This document shows positions 54,243 to 63,914 of a stretch of DNA of 64,000 nt, piece after piece. A program made the translations under genes and the position numbers. Location: NCBI GenBank assembly GCA_002372505.1, contig DFGY01000062.1, forward strand, positions 28,322 through 92,321. The letters run 5' to 3'. Numbering within the stretch: position 1 is the first letter of the stretch; each line of letters begins with the position of its first letter. Source of the stretch: Firmicutes bacterium UBA3738. GTDB lineage: Bacteria > Bacillota > Clostridia > Peptostreptococcales > Anaerovoracaceae. Below the pieces are notes generated by a model. It was not told where the DNA came from and made no database searches. It saw only the letters and a program-made list of their open reading frames with translations.

Positions 54243-56669
54243 CTATTTCTTCTTTGCCTTTGGGACCTTTACTTTAACTACGTTGGAGAAGCCGTACTTG
54301 CCCGCCTTTCCATTGCGCACGTATCTGGCTCTGACCTTGTAGTAATAAGTCTTGCCCTTCTTTACTTTCTTGTCTTTGTAAAGGGCCTTGTTAGCCTTTA
54401 CCGTTTTGACTACTTTGTATTTTCCCTTTTTCTTTGTGGCTCTTAGTATGTCGTAGCCTTTGGTCTTGGGAATCTTCTTCCACTTAAGGGTCACAGTCTT
54501 CCTGGTCTTTTTCTTGACCTTGAGTCCGTAGTCACCTTTGCCTTTGTAATTCTTCTTGGTGATAACCAGCTTTTTCTTGTAGGTGGTAATGCTGCCGCCT
54601 TCTTCAGAATCCCAGCTGACCATTGCGAAGATGTATACGCCGCCGGCCTTCTTGGCTTTGACCTTTCCGTTCTTGTCCACGCTTGCCAGCTCCCGGTTGC
54701 CTGACTCCCACTTCACCTTGTAGTCCGGCATAACCTTTCCTGTGGAATCTTTGACACTGGCTGCATAGTTATATGTCTCTCCCACGCGCAGCCATGTGCT
54801 CCACTTGGTGATCTCAATTTTTGCAGGGGGCCTAATTACAGTGATCTGCACCTTCGCTTCTTTGCCGTTGTATGTGCGGGCGGAAACTGTAGCCGTGCCG
54901 ATACCTCTGGCTGTCATGAATCCCTGGTCGTCTACGGTTACAACGTTCCAGTCTGAGCTGCTCCAGTACACCTCCGTGTTGGTTACGGTCCTGTTAGGCT
55001 CCAGCCTTACTGCGCTCATGAGCTTGGATGAGGTCTCTCCCAAGAATATGGTTCTGTCCTTTTCATCAAGGTCTATTGTGATGCTCTGGGGGTCCACGCT
55101 CTGTCTTACCTGGACCTCACAGGAATCGGTCTTGCCTCCGGCTGTGACTCTGATAGTCGTACTGCCTGGCTTTCTGCCCTGGACGATGCCTTTGTCGGAG
55201 ACTGTTGCTATGGAAGGGTCGTCGCTGGTCCATGTTACCTTGGCGTTGCTGTTGGCGGGAAGAATAAGGGTCTCAAGACCTACGCCTTCGTCGTAGTATT
55301 TAACGTCTCCGCCGTAAAGGGTGTTGTCCGTATTCTCTACTTCGACTTCTACTATGGGCTTTGCCTTATCCTTCTTTATTTCAATTCTGTCCACTGCACT
55401 CGTAGGCGCCATCTTTGCTGCCTTGACGGCCGCCAGAGCATCAATCATGCCGTAGCCCAGTTCGTTGTTTTCGTAATAATTTGCACTGGCGCCTTTAGGG
55501 GTCTTTACCGCTGTGGCGCAGATTATATTCCTCACCTGAGCAGGTGTAAGATCCGGATTTACATCAAGCATAAGGGCGCATACTCCGGCAACGACGGGTG
55601 ACGCCATGGACGTACCTGTCATTTTGGCGTAAAAGTTATTGGGGATTGTGCTTGTAATATTTGTCCCCGGTGCGGAAATATCTTTGGCCCAACCGTAGTT
55701 TGTATATCCTTCTCTGTAGCCTTCCTGGTTGATATTGCAGACGCTTATTACCTCTTTTATATCCGATGGGTCTGAGTACTCGTCCCAGTCATCGTTACCT
55801 GAGGCTGCTACGAATACGACGCCCTTGTCGTAATATGCCTGCTTGATAATGGAATTGTTGATGCGGTCCCTTACGTCGGCACCGTAGCTCATGTTTATTA
55901 CCTTGGCTCCGTTCTTAACGGCGTAGTTCATGGCTGTAATGAGATTGTAGGTGGTCATGGTGTATCCATCTTCACTGTTGGCCACAACCATAATGTCGCA
56001 CAGATCGTTCTTGGTGCCGCTGGCAACGCCGGCTCCACCTTTACCGTTGCCGTAGGTGGCTCCGATTATTCCCGTAACGTGGGTGCCGTGACTGCCTGTA
56101 TCTTCATCTCCATCTGTTATCTTGCCGGCCACGGAGCGCTTGTAATGGCTCACGTTAGCCTGCAGATCCTCGTGATGGGTGTCTACGCCGGTGTCCAGGA
56201 CGGCAACCTTGGTCGTCTGCTTCTTTGCAGACTCAACCTCCGCCCAGGCCTGACGTACATTAATCATATCCATGTGGTACTGATATCTTTTCGCCGTCTT
56301 ATCCGAAAGATAAGGATCGTTGGCCTTCACTTTATATACGAAGTTGGGCTGGGCATAGAGTACCTTCTTCTCTCCTTCTACCTTGCTCATTGCCTGATCA
56401 AGAGACTCGCCCCCTTCTACTGTGGCCAGGGCAATCTTTTCGTCTCCCACTTTGGCCACATCATCTAAGGATGCGTCATTGCGATCCAGTATTTTGTCAA
56501 TTTTCTTGTTGGAAACGCCTTCATCAAAGACTACCAGCATTTCCCTCTCATCAAAATTAATCCCTGTGGCATTTTCCTCGGCTGCGAGGGATGAAACCGG
56601 CGCAGACCATGTGGCTACAATTACCGCCAGGGACAGGGCAAGGGTTCTTTTTAATATGCTACTTTTCAT
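54243..56669 (-). CDS. Secreted S8 (subtilisin-family) serine peptidase with Big_2 repeats and a C-terminal lysine-rich Fn3-like domain
   Basis: Catalytic triad motifs VAVLDTGVDTHHEDL, HGTHVTGIIGA and GTSMASPVVAG. Big_2 (ATVSDKGIVQGRKPGSTTIRV). TVTLKWKKIPKTKGYDILR. Confidence 0.92.
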   Translation of the reverse strand: MKSSILKRTLALSLAVIVATWSAPVSSLAAEENATGINFDEREMLVVFDEGVSNKKIDKILDRNDASLDDVAKVGDEKIALATVEGGESLDQAMSKVEGEKKVLYAQPNFVYKVKANDPYLSDKTAKRYQYHMDMINVRQAWAEVESAKKQTTKVAVLDTGVDTHHEDLQANVSHYKRSVAGKITDGDEDTGSHGTHVTGIIGATYGNGKGGAGVASGTKNDLCDIMVVANSEDGYTMTTYNLITAMNYAVKNGAKVINMSYGADVRDRINNSIIKQAYYDKGVVFVAASGNDDWDEYSDPSDIKEVISVCNINQEGYREGYTNYGWAKDISAPGTNITSTIPNNFYAKMTGTSMASPVVAGVCALMLDVNPDLTPAQVRNIICATAVKTPKGASANYYENNELGYGMIDALAAVKAAKMAPTSAVDRIEIKKDKAKPIVEVEVENTDNTLYGGDVKYYDEGVGLETLILPANSNAKVTWTSDDPSIATVSDKGIVQGRKPGSTTIRVTAGGKTDSCEVQVRQSVDPQSITIDLDEKDRTIFLGETSSKLMSAVRLEPNRTVTNTEVYWSSSDWNVVTVDDQGFMTARGIGTATVSARTYNGKEAKVQITVIRPPAKIEITKWSTWLRVGETYNYAASVKDSTGKVMPDYKVKWESGNRELASVDKNGKVKAKKAGGVYIFAMVSWDSEEGGSITTYKKKLVITKKNYKGKGDYGLKVKKKTRKTVTLKWKKIPKTKGYDILRATKKKGKYKVVKTVKANKALYKDKKVKKGKTYYYKVRARYVRNGKAGKYGFSNVVKVKVPKAKKK

Positions 56670-56820
56670 TCTGTCCTCCCCAACTCATAATCTAACTTAC
56701 TATTATTACATCTACTTTATCATACAGACTGCATATTGACAACAAATTCACAGGTTGATTTTTGGACATTTTACGCTATTATTGTAGATATAAGGATGGA
56801 TGAATATAAGGACGGTAATT

Positions 56821-58044
56821 ATGAAACGCGCACTTGTGCTCAGCGGCGGCGGCAGCCGGGGCGCCTATCAGATCGGCGTCTGGCAGGCCATGCGAGAGCT
56901 GGGAATGGATATAGATATAGTGACAGGAACCTCCGTAGGCGCCATAAATGCGTCTATGGTTGTTACCGATGCCTTCGACACGGTGCGTGAGCTGTGGAAG
57001 GACGTTGAGACAAACATGATCTTCGACCTGGATAACGAAAGCCGCTATAACGAGGCGAAGACGGAGATTGTGAGAAACACCCGGGGCTTCATGGGAATGC
57101 CTGTTGCCGAGGCCTTAAGCTACGCAAAATACACAGTTACCCAGGGCGGAGCCGGCTCAGATGGTCTCCTGGGAATAATAGAAAAGTATCTGGATCTGGA
57201 TGTCTTCTACTCTTCCCCTGTGGAGTTCGGACTGGTGACGGCACAGCTGCCTAAGTTCAAGGGACACTATCTGTTCAAGGAAGATATCCCGAGGGAAAAG
57301 CTTCATCGCTACATTCTGTCCAGTGCATCCTGCTTTCCCGCCGCCCGGTACATGAAGATAGACGGCATGCGCCTGGTGGACGGAGGCTACGCCGATAACC
57401 TGCCAATAGATATGGCCATGGAAAAAGGCGCAACGGACATGGTAGCCGTAAACATGGAGGCCATAGGAATCGTAAAGGAAGAAAGCCTTGAGCGGGCAAA
57501 GAGTAAGCTTAATAGTTTCACCTACATAACCAGCCCCTGGGAGCTGGGGAATTTCCTGTGCTTTGACCCGGACACCAACAAGCGCAACATTATACTGGGC
57601 CACTTTGACGCCATGAAGGCCTTCGGAAAGCTGGATGGCCATTACTATACCTTCGAGAAAGGCGCCATACCCAAAAGACTGCTAGGCAGAGCCGATGCTG
57701 CGGCTAGAATATTCCAGCTGGATTATCTAAAGACCTACACTGCAGACGCACTGAACGATGCCCTTGCAGCCAAGGTGAAGACCGCCGTCGCCGCCAGGGA
57801 GCGCCAGGTGGAAAAGCTGCTGCCCATCGGCCGCATGATGCCCAAGTCCTCTGCCAACCAGCTGGTGGCAGCCATGAGGAATCGCTTCTCCCAGGACATT
57901 CTCACCTGCGTCATTGCAGCGGATCTAAAAGAAAAGGAGGCACGCAGTGCCTTCCTCGGTAAATACTTATTCCATAGACTTAAGACTGAAGTTCTCGCAG
58001 CGGCCTATCTTTTGAGCGACTACGACCTGCGCAGACTAGTCTGA
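56821..58044 (+). CDS. Patatin-like phospholipase
   Basis: GGGSRGAYQIGV (oxyanion hole), GTSVGA (GxSxG), LVDGGYADN (Asp of the dyad). The ATG at 56821 with an AAGGA RBS is preferred over 56800. Confidence 0.88.
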   Translation: MKRALVLSGGGSRGAYQIGVWQAMRELGMDIDIVTGTSVGAINASMVVTDAFDTVRELWKDVETNMIFDLDNESRYNEAKTEIVRNTRGFMGMPVAEALSYAKYTVTQGGAGSDGLLGIIEKYLDLDVFYSSPVEFGLVTAQLPKFKGHYLFKEDIPREKLHRYILSSASCFPAARYMKIDGMRLVDGGYADNLPIDMAMEKGATDMVAVNMEAIGIVKEESLERAKSKLNSFTYITSPWELGNFLCFDPDTNKRNIILGHFDAMKAFGKLDGHYYTFEKGAIPKRLLGRADAAARIFQLDYLKTYTADALNDALAAKVKTAVAARERQVEKLLPIGRMMPKSSANQLVAAMRNRFSQDILTCVIAADLKEKEARSAFLGKYLFHRLKTEVLAAAYLLSDYDLRRLV

Positions 58045-58585
58045 GATTGTACTCGCAAACCTTTGCCACGGGAGTCTTTTCCAATGCGTGAGCTATGGCC
58101 ACGGCAATGGCTATTCCCACTGTGAACTGTAAAATGTTCATGGGCACTCCTGCAAGAGGCACTATGAAGCTGCCGTACATAAGGCTCTCTGCAAAGTAGT
58201 AACCGGCTACCATTAGTACGCCGCCTATTACCATGCCTACAGCCTCCATAGCCGCAAAGCCGGCTCCTTTAAATTCCTTCTTCATGGCCCACTCTATGAA
58301 GAGTCCAACCGACGCCGCCATAAGGCCCTTGGCCAGGAATGTGACGGGAGCGTATATGGCATATCCGCCCATTAGGTCTGCTAAAGCCGAGCCGATAGCT
58401 GCAGCCAGGGCGCCGTATCTCCAACCAAGCACCAGTACCGCCAGGAATATCATGCAGTCTCCCAGGTGAATGTAACCTTGGGTGGCCGGCACGGGGATTC
58501 TTATGATGAAGGTCATGAGCATTATCAAGCTGCTCATGAGGGCCGTTATTACAAGTTTGTTTATTCTCTTATCTGCTTTTCTCAT
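57980..58585 (-). CDS. ECF-transporter S component-like membrane protein
   Basis: About 6 TM; RIPVPATQGYIHLGDCMIF...ALADLMGGYAIYAP is typical of ECF S components. Divergent from a MocR-type regulator, so a vitamin B6-related substrate is only an inference. Confidence 0.7.
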   Translation of the reverse strand: MRKADKRINKLVITALMSSLIMLMTFIIRIPVPATQGYIHLGDCMIFLAVLVLGWRYGALAAAIGSALADLMGGYAIYAPVTFLAKGLMAASVGLFIEWAMKKEFKGAGFAAMEAVGMVIGGVLMVAGYYFAESLMYGSFIVPLAGVPMNILQFTVGIAIAVAIAHALEKTPVAKVCEYNLRLVCAGRSRSKDRPLRELQS

Positions 58586-58711
58586 TGTCTGTACCTTTGT
58601 ACCTTTCTTTATTCACCGCCCTTTCCCGGGCTGTGTACATTCTACGCCTCATGTGTTATTATTAAAATACACAATTTATATTATTTTTATATATACAGAT
58701 GGAGAACAGCA

Positions 58712-60088
58712 ATGAAAGCAATAATGCCTGATTTCGATAAAGAAAGTGGCGCACCGCTGTATTTACAGCTCTTTGAATATATCAAGGACGCCATACTGTC
58801 CGGAGAGACTGTATACGGAGAAAAACTCCCTTCTTTAAGAAATCTGTCAGAGTCCCTATCCATTAGCATTACCACGGCGGAGCAGGCCTACGCCCAGCTG
58901 GAGGTTGAGGGCTACATAGCCAGCAGGCCCCGCTCCGGATATTTCGTCAGGGACATATACCAGCCCCGGTCCCGGGAGGATGGTCGGGGAGCCGATGTGG
59001 ACACCATTCCCGCAAGCCTTGAGGCGCCTGCCATTGAGGAACCGGATATGGTCTTTGACCTTTCCACCTTCGACTTTGCCAAGTGGAAGAAGTGCGTCTC
59101 CCGGGTGCTGACGGACTACCAGAGCAATCTGCTCTTCGAGGGGGATCCTCAAGGGGAAGAGCTGCTGCGCTACGAGGTGTCCAGATACCTTTACTCCTCC
59201 CGCGGAGTCAGATGCAACCCGGACAGCGTCCTCATTGCCGCCGGTACTCAGCAGATTACATCTATTCTTGCCACCATGCTCAGGCAGCTTAAAATCGATC
59301 ACGTATCCGTGGAGGAGCCGGGCTACCAGCCGGTAATTACCAGCTTTGCAAACCGGGGCTTTGCTCTTTCCCACATTCCCGTACGGGCTGACGGCATAGA
59401 CATTGAGCGCCTGCCGGGGAACATCAGAAGCGCCGTCTACACCAGCCCTTCCAATCAATTCCCCACCGGCGCCGTCATGCCTATACGCCGCAGATACGAG
59501 CTGTTGGAATGGGCAACGAAGAACGACAGCTACATAATCGAAGACGACTACGACAGCGAGCTGAGATACATAGGCAAGCCTATTCCCGCTCTTCAGGGGC
59601 TGGACGCAAAAGACAGAGTCATATACCTGGGCTCCTTTTCTTCCACCCTCTTCTCGGCGATTAAGATCAGCTACATGGTCATGCCGGCAGCACTGCAGGG
59701 CACATTCCGCACCATAGCCGGCCAGTACACCCAGACCTGTTCCAAGACGGAGCAGCTGGCTCTGGGTCTCTTCATGGAGCAGGGCTCCTACCAGACGGGC
59801 ATAAAGAAGCTGCGTCGCTTAAACGGGCAGAAGCTGCAGGCGGTCATCGCCGCCTTTTCCGGGGCGCAGAGAGTAGAGACCGTAAACACTCACTCCGGCA
59901 TAAACATTATCCTGAAGGTTAAAACCCGCAAAAGCGGGGTAACATTACAAAAGGAGGCGGAAGAGCTGGGACTTCTGGCCGTGCCTCTGAGGGAGGAAAA
60001 AGGCGTGCAGCATATGAATTTTTATTTCAGCCAGCTCCCCCTTTTGGAAATACCAAAGCTCATTGAAGCCTTGCTGGAAAAATGGTAA
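58712..60088 (+). CDS. MocR/GabR/PdxR-type regulator (GntR HTH + aminotransferase-like domain)
   Basis: N-terminal APLYLQLFEYIKDAILSGE..LPSLRNLSE (GntR wHTH) plus a class I/II aminotransferase-fold domain. The ATG at 58712 with a GGAGA RBS; the upstream ORF extension is rejected. Confidence 0.85.
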   Translation: MKAIMPDFDKESGAPLYLQLFEYIKDAILSGETVYGEKLPSLRNLSESLSISITTAEQAYAQLEVEGYIASRPRSGYFVRDIYQPRSREDGRGADVDTIPASLEAPAIEEPDMVFDLSTFDFAKWKKCVSRVLTDYQSNLLFEGDPQGEELLRYEVSRYLYSSRGVRCNPDSVLIAAGTQQITSILATMLRQLKIDHVSVEEPGYQPVITSFANRGFALSHIPVRADGIDIERLPGNIRSAVYTSPSNQFPTGAVMPIRRRYELLEWATKNDSYIIEDDYDSELRYIGKPIPALQGLDAKDRVIYLGSFSSTLFSAIKISYMVMPAALQGTFRTIAGQYTQTCSKTEQLALGLFMEQGSYQTGIKKLRRLNGQKLQAVIAAFSGAQRVETVNTHSGINIILKVKTRKSGVTLQKEAEELGLLAVPLREEKGVQHMNFYFSQLPLLEIPKLIEALLEKW

Positions 60089-60125
60089 ACTATTTTCAGA
60101 TGTAGATATTGGGAAGGAAAAAGCC

Positions 60126-60890
60126 ATGGCAAGCAACAAAACCACTACTCTCACACCGAAGCTGGTGAAGAGTGCACAAAAGGATAATCCTTTTGCGAAG
60201 CTGACGGATATTGTCTACCAGATTCTCGAATCACAAATATTGTCTATGCAGCTCCCACCGGGGACCAAGCTGCGTATTAATTCCATAGCCGAAGGCCTGG
60301 ACGTATCGGCAACGCCTGTCCGCGAGGCCATTGAAGAGCTGGAGGAAATGGGACTTGTAATCAGTTCAAAGTCCGGCACCAAGTACAAGACCTACGCAGT
60401 CTTCGACATTGACGACAAGGAAGTGGCCGATCTTTTCACCGTGCGCAAATCCATTGAAAGCACGGCGGCTTACCTATGCGCTCAGCGAAACTGGGAGGTG
60501 GACATCCAGTCACTGGAGAATCACCTTGAGGACTTTCACAATCTGTCCCAGAAATATATAGACGGCGGAGCCACCATTGAGCTCAGCGAGACGGACATTT
60601 CATTCCACAGAGCCATCGTAAGGTTCACGGACAACAGGCATCTTTACGAGATTTACGATTCACTGAGCAAGCAGCTCCAGTACCTGTCCATCAGAACCTG
60701 CGAATTTATGAAGGGTGCACCCAGAAGGGAAGACCTGCATATGCTCTACGTCCAGCACAAGGCCGTAGTCAACGCAATAAAAATGGGCTTCCCCGAACTA
60801 GCCAGGGAAGCCATGGTGTCTCATGTGGATTTCTGCGCGGAAAACTGTATTAAGAACCGCTATATTTTGGAGAAACAGTTGTCCGTTTAG
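60126..60890 (+). CDS. GntR-family regulator, FadR subfamily (FCD domain)
   Basis: VYQILESQILSMQLPPGTKLRINSIAEGLDVSATPVREAIEELEEMGLV followed by a helical FCD-like C-terminus. ATG at 60126. Confidence 0.85.
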   Translation: MASNKTTTLTPKLVKSAQKDNPFAKLTDIVYQILESQILSMQLPPGTKLRINSIAEGLDVSATPVREAIEELEEMGLVISSKSGTKYKTYAVFDIDDKEVADLFTVRKSIESTAAYLCAQRNWEVDIQSLENHLEDFHNLSQKYIDGGATIELSETDISFHRAIVRFTDNRHLYEIYDSLSKQLQYLSIRTCEFMKGAPRREDLHMLYVQHKAVVNAIKMGFPELAREAMVSHVDFCAENCIKNRYILEKQLSV

Positions 60891-62272
60891 TTGTCGGAAC
60901 TGTTTTGATCGGGCTCGTTATCGCTCGTTTGGCTGTCGCCCGATTGATTGCTGTCCGAGCCGGAGTCCGAATTTAAATATTTAGAAATGAACTCGTCTGT
61001 CATAGTTTCGTACTTAAGCTCGGCGAGTTTTTCTTTTGCGATTTCTTCGGCGCCTTCGTTATATTCTTCTTTAAAGAGCTCGTCGAAGGTCTCCTGAGTC
61101 ACGTTATCTTCGTCGGTGAAGATCCTTCTGATGCAGAGAACCTTGCGGTATCTGCAGTCGTCGGTGATTTTGACGAAGTTGTCTGTGGCATGAATCATCT
61201 TGTTGTCGCCCATATAAATTCCCACGTGGCCCGGATAAAGGACCAGGTCGCCGGGCTGCGCATCTTCGTATTCCACTTCCTCGCCTATGTTTTCCTGGGA
61301 GTAGGATGTGCGGGGAATGGTGATGCCTACCTTTTCGTAAAGGCGCATGGTGTAGCCTGAGCAGTCAGTGCCTTCTCTAAGGTCTGTGCCGCCCCAGACG
61401 TACTTCGTGCCGAGGAATCTTGTTGCGTACTGCACAAGGAGCTCGCCCTTGTCACGGGTGCTCAGCTTTGTGCCTTCATATATGACCTTGGTTACGGCCT
61501 CGTCGGTTACTTCCTGATCCAGGACCTTGCTGCCAGCGTACTCGCCGTTCTCCATGACCACGTCTTTTACTACGTGCTTGGTGCCGTCCCTTCCTGCTTC
61601 GGTGACCTTCTGCTCGCCTCTTACCAGCTCGTCGGTCTCGATAATTTTAACCTTGCGCTTTACGGTCTTGTCTTCTTCGACTACCTGATTAATCGAAACA
61701 GTAATCGGTGCCTCCTCGGCAGGACTGACCGCGTCTGCCGTATCGCTGCTCGGCGAGGATTCGTTTTCAGCTGCAGTCTGAGCTTCCTCCGATGCCGTTT
61801 CTTCTTCCACTGCTTCTTCTGCCGCTCTATCCGCCGCCTGATTCATCTTGTCGATTTTCTCTACGGCTTGCGGTGCCGTCAGGACTTCGGACTGTCTGTA
61901 GGCTGCCATTGGTGCTCTTTCAACGGTGACAATGTTCTTTACAGTGGCGTCCTGCTGCATTTTGATTGAGTCGCAGTATTTGATTCTAAGGCCCAACTCC
62001 ACCAGATCACCAGTTTCCTTGTCTTTGACGATGGCCAAAGCCCGGCCGTCGGATTTAACCAGCCATGGCTGCTGATTTATCCTCGTGATGCTTGCCGTTG
62101 CCTTGTGAGCTCCGGCATATTTAGCCTTGGCGTAGGCTGCGTCAAACTCCATGTTGCCTATCGCAACATATGCGCCCATGATTACGGCCGCCAGAAAGAA
62201 TGCCGATAGCAGTATATTCAGTTTTCCATCTTTGCCCTTTACAAAATCGGCAAATAGACATTTCTTTTCCAT
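60887..62272 (-). CDS. Cell-wall hydrolase with G5 and NlpC/P60 domains
   Basis: N-terminal TM anchor. G5-like segment (KVKIIETDELVRGEQKVTEAGRDGTKHV...KVIYEGTK). NlpC/P60 TDCSGYTMRLY...PGHVGIYMG. The ATG at 62272 with RBS GAGAGGAA. Confidence 0.85.
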   Translation of the reverse strand: MEKKCLFADFVKGKDGKLNILLSAFFLAAVIMGAYVAIGNMEFDAAYAKAKYAGAHKATASITRINQQPWLVKSDGRALAIVKDKETGDLVELGLRIKYCDSIKMQQDATVKNIVTVERAPMAAYRQSEVLTAPQAVEKIDKMNQAADRAAEEAVEEETASEEAQTAAENESSPSSDTADAVSPAEEAPITVSINQVVEEDKTVKRKVKIIETDELVRGEQKVTEAGRDGTKHVVKDVVMENGEYAGSKVLDQEVTDEAVTKVIYEGTKLSTRDKGELLVQYATRFLGTKYVWGGTDLREGTDCSGYTMRLYEKVGITIPRTSYSQENIGEEVEYEDAQPGDLVLYPGHVGIYMGDNKMIHATDNFVKITDDCRYRKVLCIRRIFTDEDNVTQETFDELFKEEYNEGAEEIAKEKLAELKYETMTDEFISKYLNSDSGSDSNQSGDSQTSDNEPDQNSSDN

Positions 62273-62427
62273 ATTATAATAATTCCTCTCTGCTAATAAC
62301 ATCCCGAAGCAAGTCGATGCGCATCCATGTTTCAGGACTTTTATTTTACTCCAACACATCCGGAAAAGTCAATGAAGCAGATTTGATATTAGATATCGAA
62401 TTTCCTCGTTTATGCTATAATATTCAC

Positions 62428-62715
62428 ATGGCTAACGATTCAGAAAAAACTTTTCATTATGTATATATTCTCGAGTGTAGCGACGGCTCTCTCTACACCG
62501 GATGGACTACGGATCTTAATGCGCGGATTGCAACGCATAACAGTGGCAAGGGCGCCAAGTATACTCGCTCACGCCTTCCTGTGCGCCTGGTTTACCATGA
62601 GACCTTCACGGATAAAATCGCCGCACAACAAAGGGAGCGCGAGATAAAGAAATTATCCCGCGCCAGAAAGCTTGAACTCATTTCGCGAAACAGTAAACCT
62701 GTCCCCGTGAATTAG
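62428..62715 (+). CDS. GIY-YIG nuclease-family small protein (UPF0213/YazA-like)
   Basis: FHYVYILECSDGSLYTGWTTDLNARIATHNSGKGAKYT. ATG at 62428. The last codons run into the dispersed CCTGTCCCCGTGAA element. Confidence 0.85.
   Translation: MANDSEKTFHYVYILECSDGSLYTGWTTDLNARIATHNSGKGAKYTRSRLPVRLVYHETFTDKIAAQQREREIKKLSRARKLELISRNSKPVPVN
62695..62711. repeat. Dispersed element, partial copy 7 (AAACCTGTCCCCGTGAA)
   Basis: Matches the core of the 27-nt element. Confidence 0.6.
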
Positions 62716-63914
62716 TAAGACACGTACCTCCCTTCTATTGGGCCTGTGTACACTTCACTTCGGAAGCCCCAGAGCGGAGCTATAGTGCTATCCATCCCCA
62801 TGCCTCCTCCATATGTGAGTTCAATATATTCGTTCTTTATTATCTGAACTTCAACCTCGACATACGTATCATAAGCTATCCGTCTGTTTATTTTTTCCGT
62901 TCCGTAATCCTCTCTTATTATTCCATAAGTAATGTGTACGTTCCCTCTCTCTCCACTTATTATCAATTCATATGGCATTTTTGCCAATGCTTCTATGCTT
63001 TTCTTGACGTCTTCAGGTATATACCTTTCAACAAACATTTTATAGTTGCCATCGTAGTCCATACTAATAGAATAGTACTCTTGTTGCTTTGCGATAAAGG
63101 ATACGACCTTGCACAGGTGCTCCCTGTTTTGTTCCATAAGTATGACTGCCATCGTCTCTATCGTTGGATTTTGCAATTCCTTCTCCGGTGGTCTTGCAAA
63201 TTCATCCACCAATGCATAGTCGTCTACCTGTACTTCGATTTTCTTGCTGTTCACTCCGTTCTGAGCTTTGGCATATACGTAACATTTGCCTGAATCTATC
63301 GGTATTACTGTTCCGTCCTTCTTTACAACTGCAATTTTCTTGTTGGTAGTGAACCATCGTACTTTTTTGTTGAATGGTCTCTTCCCCTTCTTTTCGGGAT
63401 ATACCTTCGCGTATATTTGATTATCCGCCTCTACACGAAAACTACTTGGTCTATACTTTGGATTGCAGAACAAGTCCACTTGCACCTCATCTTGATCCAC
63501 ATACACTCTTTTGGGATTTGTTATTTTCCTGTTATTGTTCTTCCAGTTTATACAGCAAACCGAATAGCTCAGCTCACTTCTTCCATACTTTCCTTCGCTT
63601 CTGACTACATAATGGTGAACCTTATGCTTCTTTAGCTTTTTATCTAGATAGTAGTTCTTCTTTGTTGTAGCTATCTTTACTGCTTTCTTCTTTGTATGAC
63701 TATACCTATATACTATGTATCTCATCGCAGTCTTGTCTTTTTTCCACGAGACTTTGATACAGCTCTCGCTTATACGCTTCGCATGCAGACCACTAGGTGC
63801 CTTTTGCATACCAGCTTTGGGCGCATCTACAGCATAGCCGTTTGGCGCAAATATTGCTACGAATGATATGAATAAAATGATAAAAAAAGGTTTGATAATA
63901 ACTTGTTTTTTCAT
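62712..63914 (-). CDS. Secreted protein with Fn3-like and Big_2-like domains
   Basis: Signal peptide from MKKQVIIKPFFIILFISFVAIFA (ATG at 63914, RBS AAGGGGG). CIKVSWKKDKTAMRYIVYRY (Fn3-like). IAVVKKDGTVIPIDSGKCYVYA (Big_2-like). Confidence 0.75.
   Translation of the reverse strand: MKKQVIIKPFFIILFISFVAIFAPNGYAVDAPKAGMQKAPSGLHAKRISESCIKVSWKKDKTAMRYIVYRYSHTKKKAVKIATTKKNYYLDKKLKKHKVHHYVVRSEGKYGRSELSYSVCCINWKNNNRKITNPKRVYVDQDEVQVDLFCNPKYRPSSFRVEADNQIYAKVYPEKKGKRPFNKKVRWFTTNKKIAVVKKDGTVIPIDSGKCYVYAKAQNGVNSKKIEVQVDDYALVDEFARPPEKELQNPTIETMAVILMEQNREHLCKVVSFIAKQQEYYSISMDYDGNYKMFVERYIPEDVKKSIEALAKMPYELIISGERGNVHITYGIIREDYGTEKINRRIAYDTYVEVEVQIIKNEYIELTYGGGMGMDSTIAPLWGFRSEVYTGPIEGRYVSY

Noticed and set aside
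58466-58711. N-terminal extensions of the MocR gene (from 58466). The same applies to the GntR gene (60063), the hydrolase (62359), the GIY-YIG gene (62200) and the 424-aa ORF (63986)
   Set aside because: The extensions cross promoter-like AT-rich DNA or the divergent gene. Internal ATGs with good RBSs give proteins that begin where the family domains or signal peptides begin.
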